DNA from: Octopus sinensis
Taxonomy: Eukaryota
DNA: 64,000 bases
NCBI RefSeq assembly: GCF_006345805.1
Contig: NC_043002.1
Coordinates: 45,012,001-45,076,000 of the forward strand
Reading direction: 5' to 3'
The position numbers and the translations under genes were made by a program. The notes beneath the pieces were generated by a model. That model searched no databases. It was not told where the DNA came from and saw nothing but the letters and a program-made list of their open reading frames with translations. This document shows positions 62,176 through 64,000 of this stretch, in pieces; the first letter of the stretch is position 1, and every line of letters begins with the position of its first letter.

Positions 62176-63610
62176 ATACTTAGATACATTTATTCAGACA
62201 TCATTCATACCTGCATGCATGGGTGTAGGTTTATGTGTATCTGTCTATGTAAGTTGTAAATATGTATGTGTGGATAACAAAGAAACCATAGATGTCAAAA
62301 AGAAAATTACATAATAAATGAGAGAAATATATAAATAGCAAGTATATTTGAAGTCAAGCTTAACATCAGCATTAAGCCATTATCTCGTGAATGATAGCCA
62401 TTAGGCAGAAAACAGAGAAAGATATGACGACATAAATACTGGATCATATAACAGCATCAAAGATGAAAAGAAACATTGTTCGATGCAAATTGTTAACCAT
62501 GAAAACCATGTTTCTTTATAAGTTCAAAAAGTGCTCGTTCTCAAAATTCTTTGACAGCCGACAAGTTGAGATATATACTATTTAGATGGATTGCTCGTCT
62601 TTATCAAACGATAATCTTTTCGACAAAAAAAAATATAACCAACTAACCTGGAACGCCAGAATACAATCAAATTTGATTTATAAATTATAGTCCACTCCCA
62701 GTCTGGGTCAAATAGAACCGTAAGATCAAACTTGATTAGAGGAAAAGTAACAGAACGACTCAGCTGCTAAATTGCTCTTGGCTACAAGAAGACATAACAT
62801 ACAAATGCATTTCCGCTGTAACAGACTAGATTAAATACGTACTAAATGTAATTCTTATTTCGTATTTATCTCGTAAGCAGTATAATATGGTGCATGTAAC
62901 CTGATACACCTCACGTCAGTGAGCTATAACCATCACAGTCAATCAATACTGTCTCACAGATTAAAAATAAAGGAAAGATCAACTCGATTTACATCCGCTC
63001 CTGTTGTGTTACAATTTCCTACTGACAGACTCCTTTCATCTACCAACAAATATGCCGTCGAGAACAGCAACCAAGCCATCATTTTGAAATACAATGCAGC
63101 GAAGTTAATTTCCTATGGTTGCAGTAATTCAATTTAAAATCGGGAAATTACTTCCAAATTCCTCGATTCGATACCACCTGAAGAGATTATTCAAACACTC
63201 AGCCCGTAAGGTCAAATGTCAAACACAAATGATTTTATTAACTATGATCAAGACAACGATTAACAATGTTCGCAATAGTATATGAAAATACTATTTCATC
63301 GATAAATTCATGCTCTCAGACATTTTAAAATATTGATATATGCTATGCTTACCAATTATGTACTTGACTCTTTCACACTAGCACACATCCTACAGCATTT
63401 CTAGTATTTCGTTTGGACTGTCCTTTGCATTCCTTCGCTTTTTATCTATCTACATGTGCAGGCAATGACAGCGTGGAAAACTCAATTTAGCCACCACAAA
63501 ACAGAGAAAGTGTTAAATTTAATTAATCATTTAATACTCAGTGTCAAAATTTTTGTCGCACTGTCTGCCTTGTCGCTACCACAGTTCTACAATATATATA
63601 TATATATATA

Positions 63611-63843
63611 TTTCTTTATTGCCTACGGGGGGCGGGCTAAACATAGGGGGGAGGGCAAACAGGGACAGATAAATTAAGTCAATTACATTGACCCCAGTGC
63701 TTAACTGGTACTTATTTAATCGACCTCGAAAAGATGAAAGGCAACGTCGACCTCAGCGGATTTTGAACTCAAAACGTAACTGCGGACGAATTTCCGCTAA
63801 GCGTTTCCCGCGGCATGCTAACGATTCTGCCAGCTCGCCGCCC
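63611..63843 (-). mobile_element. Full-length SINE family C with tttagccc...ggcaataaagaaa tail
   Basis: Head ggcggcgagctggcagaatcgttagcatgccg, box B-like gagttcaaaatcc. Confidence 0.9.
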
Positions 63844-63907
63844 CATATATTTAATATATATAATATATATATATATAATATATATATTATATATATATTA
63901 TATATAT

Positions 63908-63985
<78 letters not shown>

Positions 63986-64000
63986 ATTATTATATATTAT

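Overview
AT-rich, microsatellite-dense eukaryotic DNA with no confidently identifiable host protein-coding gene. The SINE/LINE/mariner/microsatellite repertoire looks like an octopod cephalopod genome (inference). Almost the whole window is nested mobile-element debris: tRNA-derived SINEs, R4/Dong-like and RTE LINE fragments, a LINE ORF1-like remnant, Tc1/mariner/maT relics (one full-length mariner with TIRs and TA TSD) and two MULE/FLYWCH elements. The highlight is a young, near-complete Penelope-like element (PLE, 17955-23533, minus strand). It encodes RT plus a C-terminal GIY-YIG endonuclease with long Asn-rich linkers, and carries three copies of a 91-nt type I hammerhead ribozyme (HHR) and a 410-bp-arm fold-back 5' end. 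In total I can fold eight HHR motifs from four sequence families (5701-5800; 17985-18075, 22578-22668, 23294-23384; 54901-54935, 55925-55959, 56964-56998; 60392-60427). Other oddities are a non-autonomous mariner family built from two 5' ends, a possible ORF1-only LINE sharing its 3' tail with a SINE, several fold-back palindromes, locally templated insertions, and weak exon/promoter candidates. All folds and alignments were done by eye. Most SINE and fragment boundaries are approximate (about +/-20 bp).
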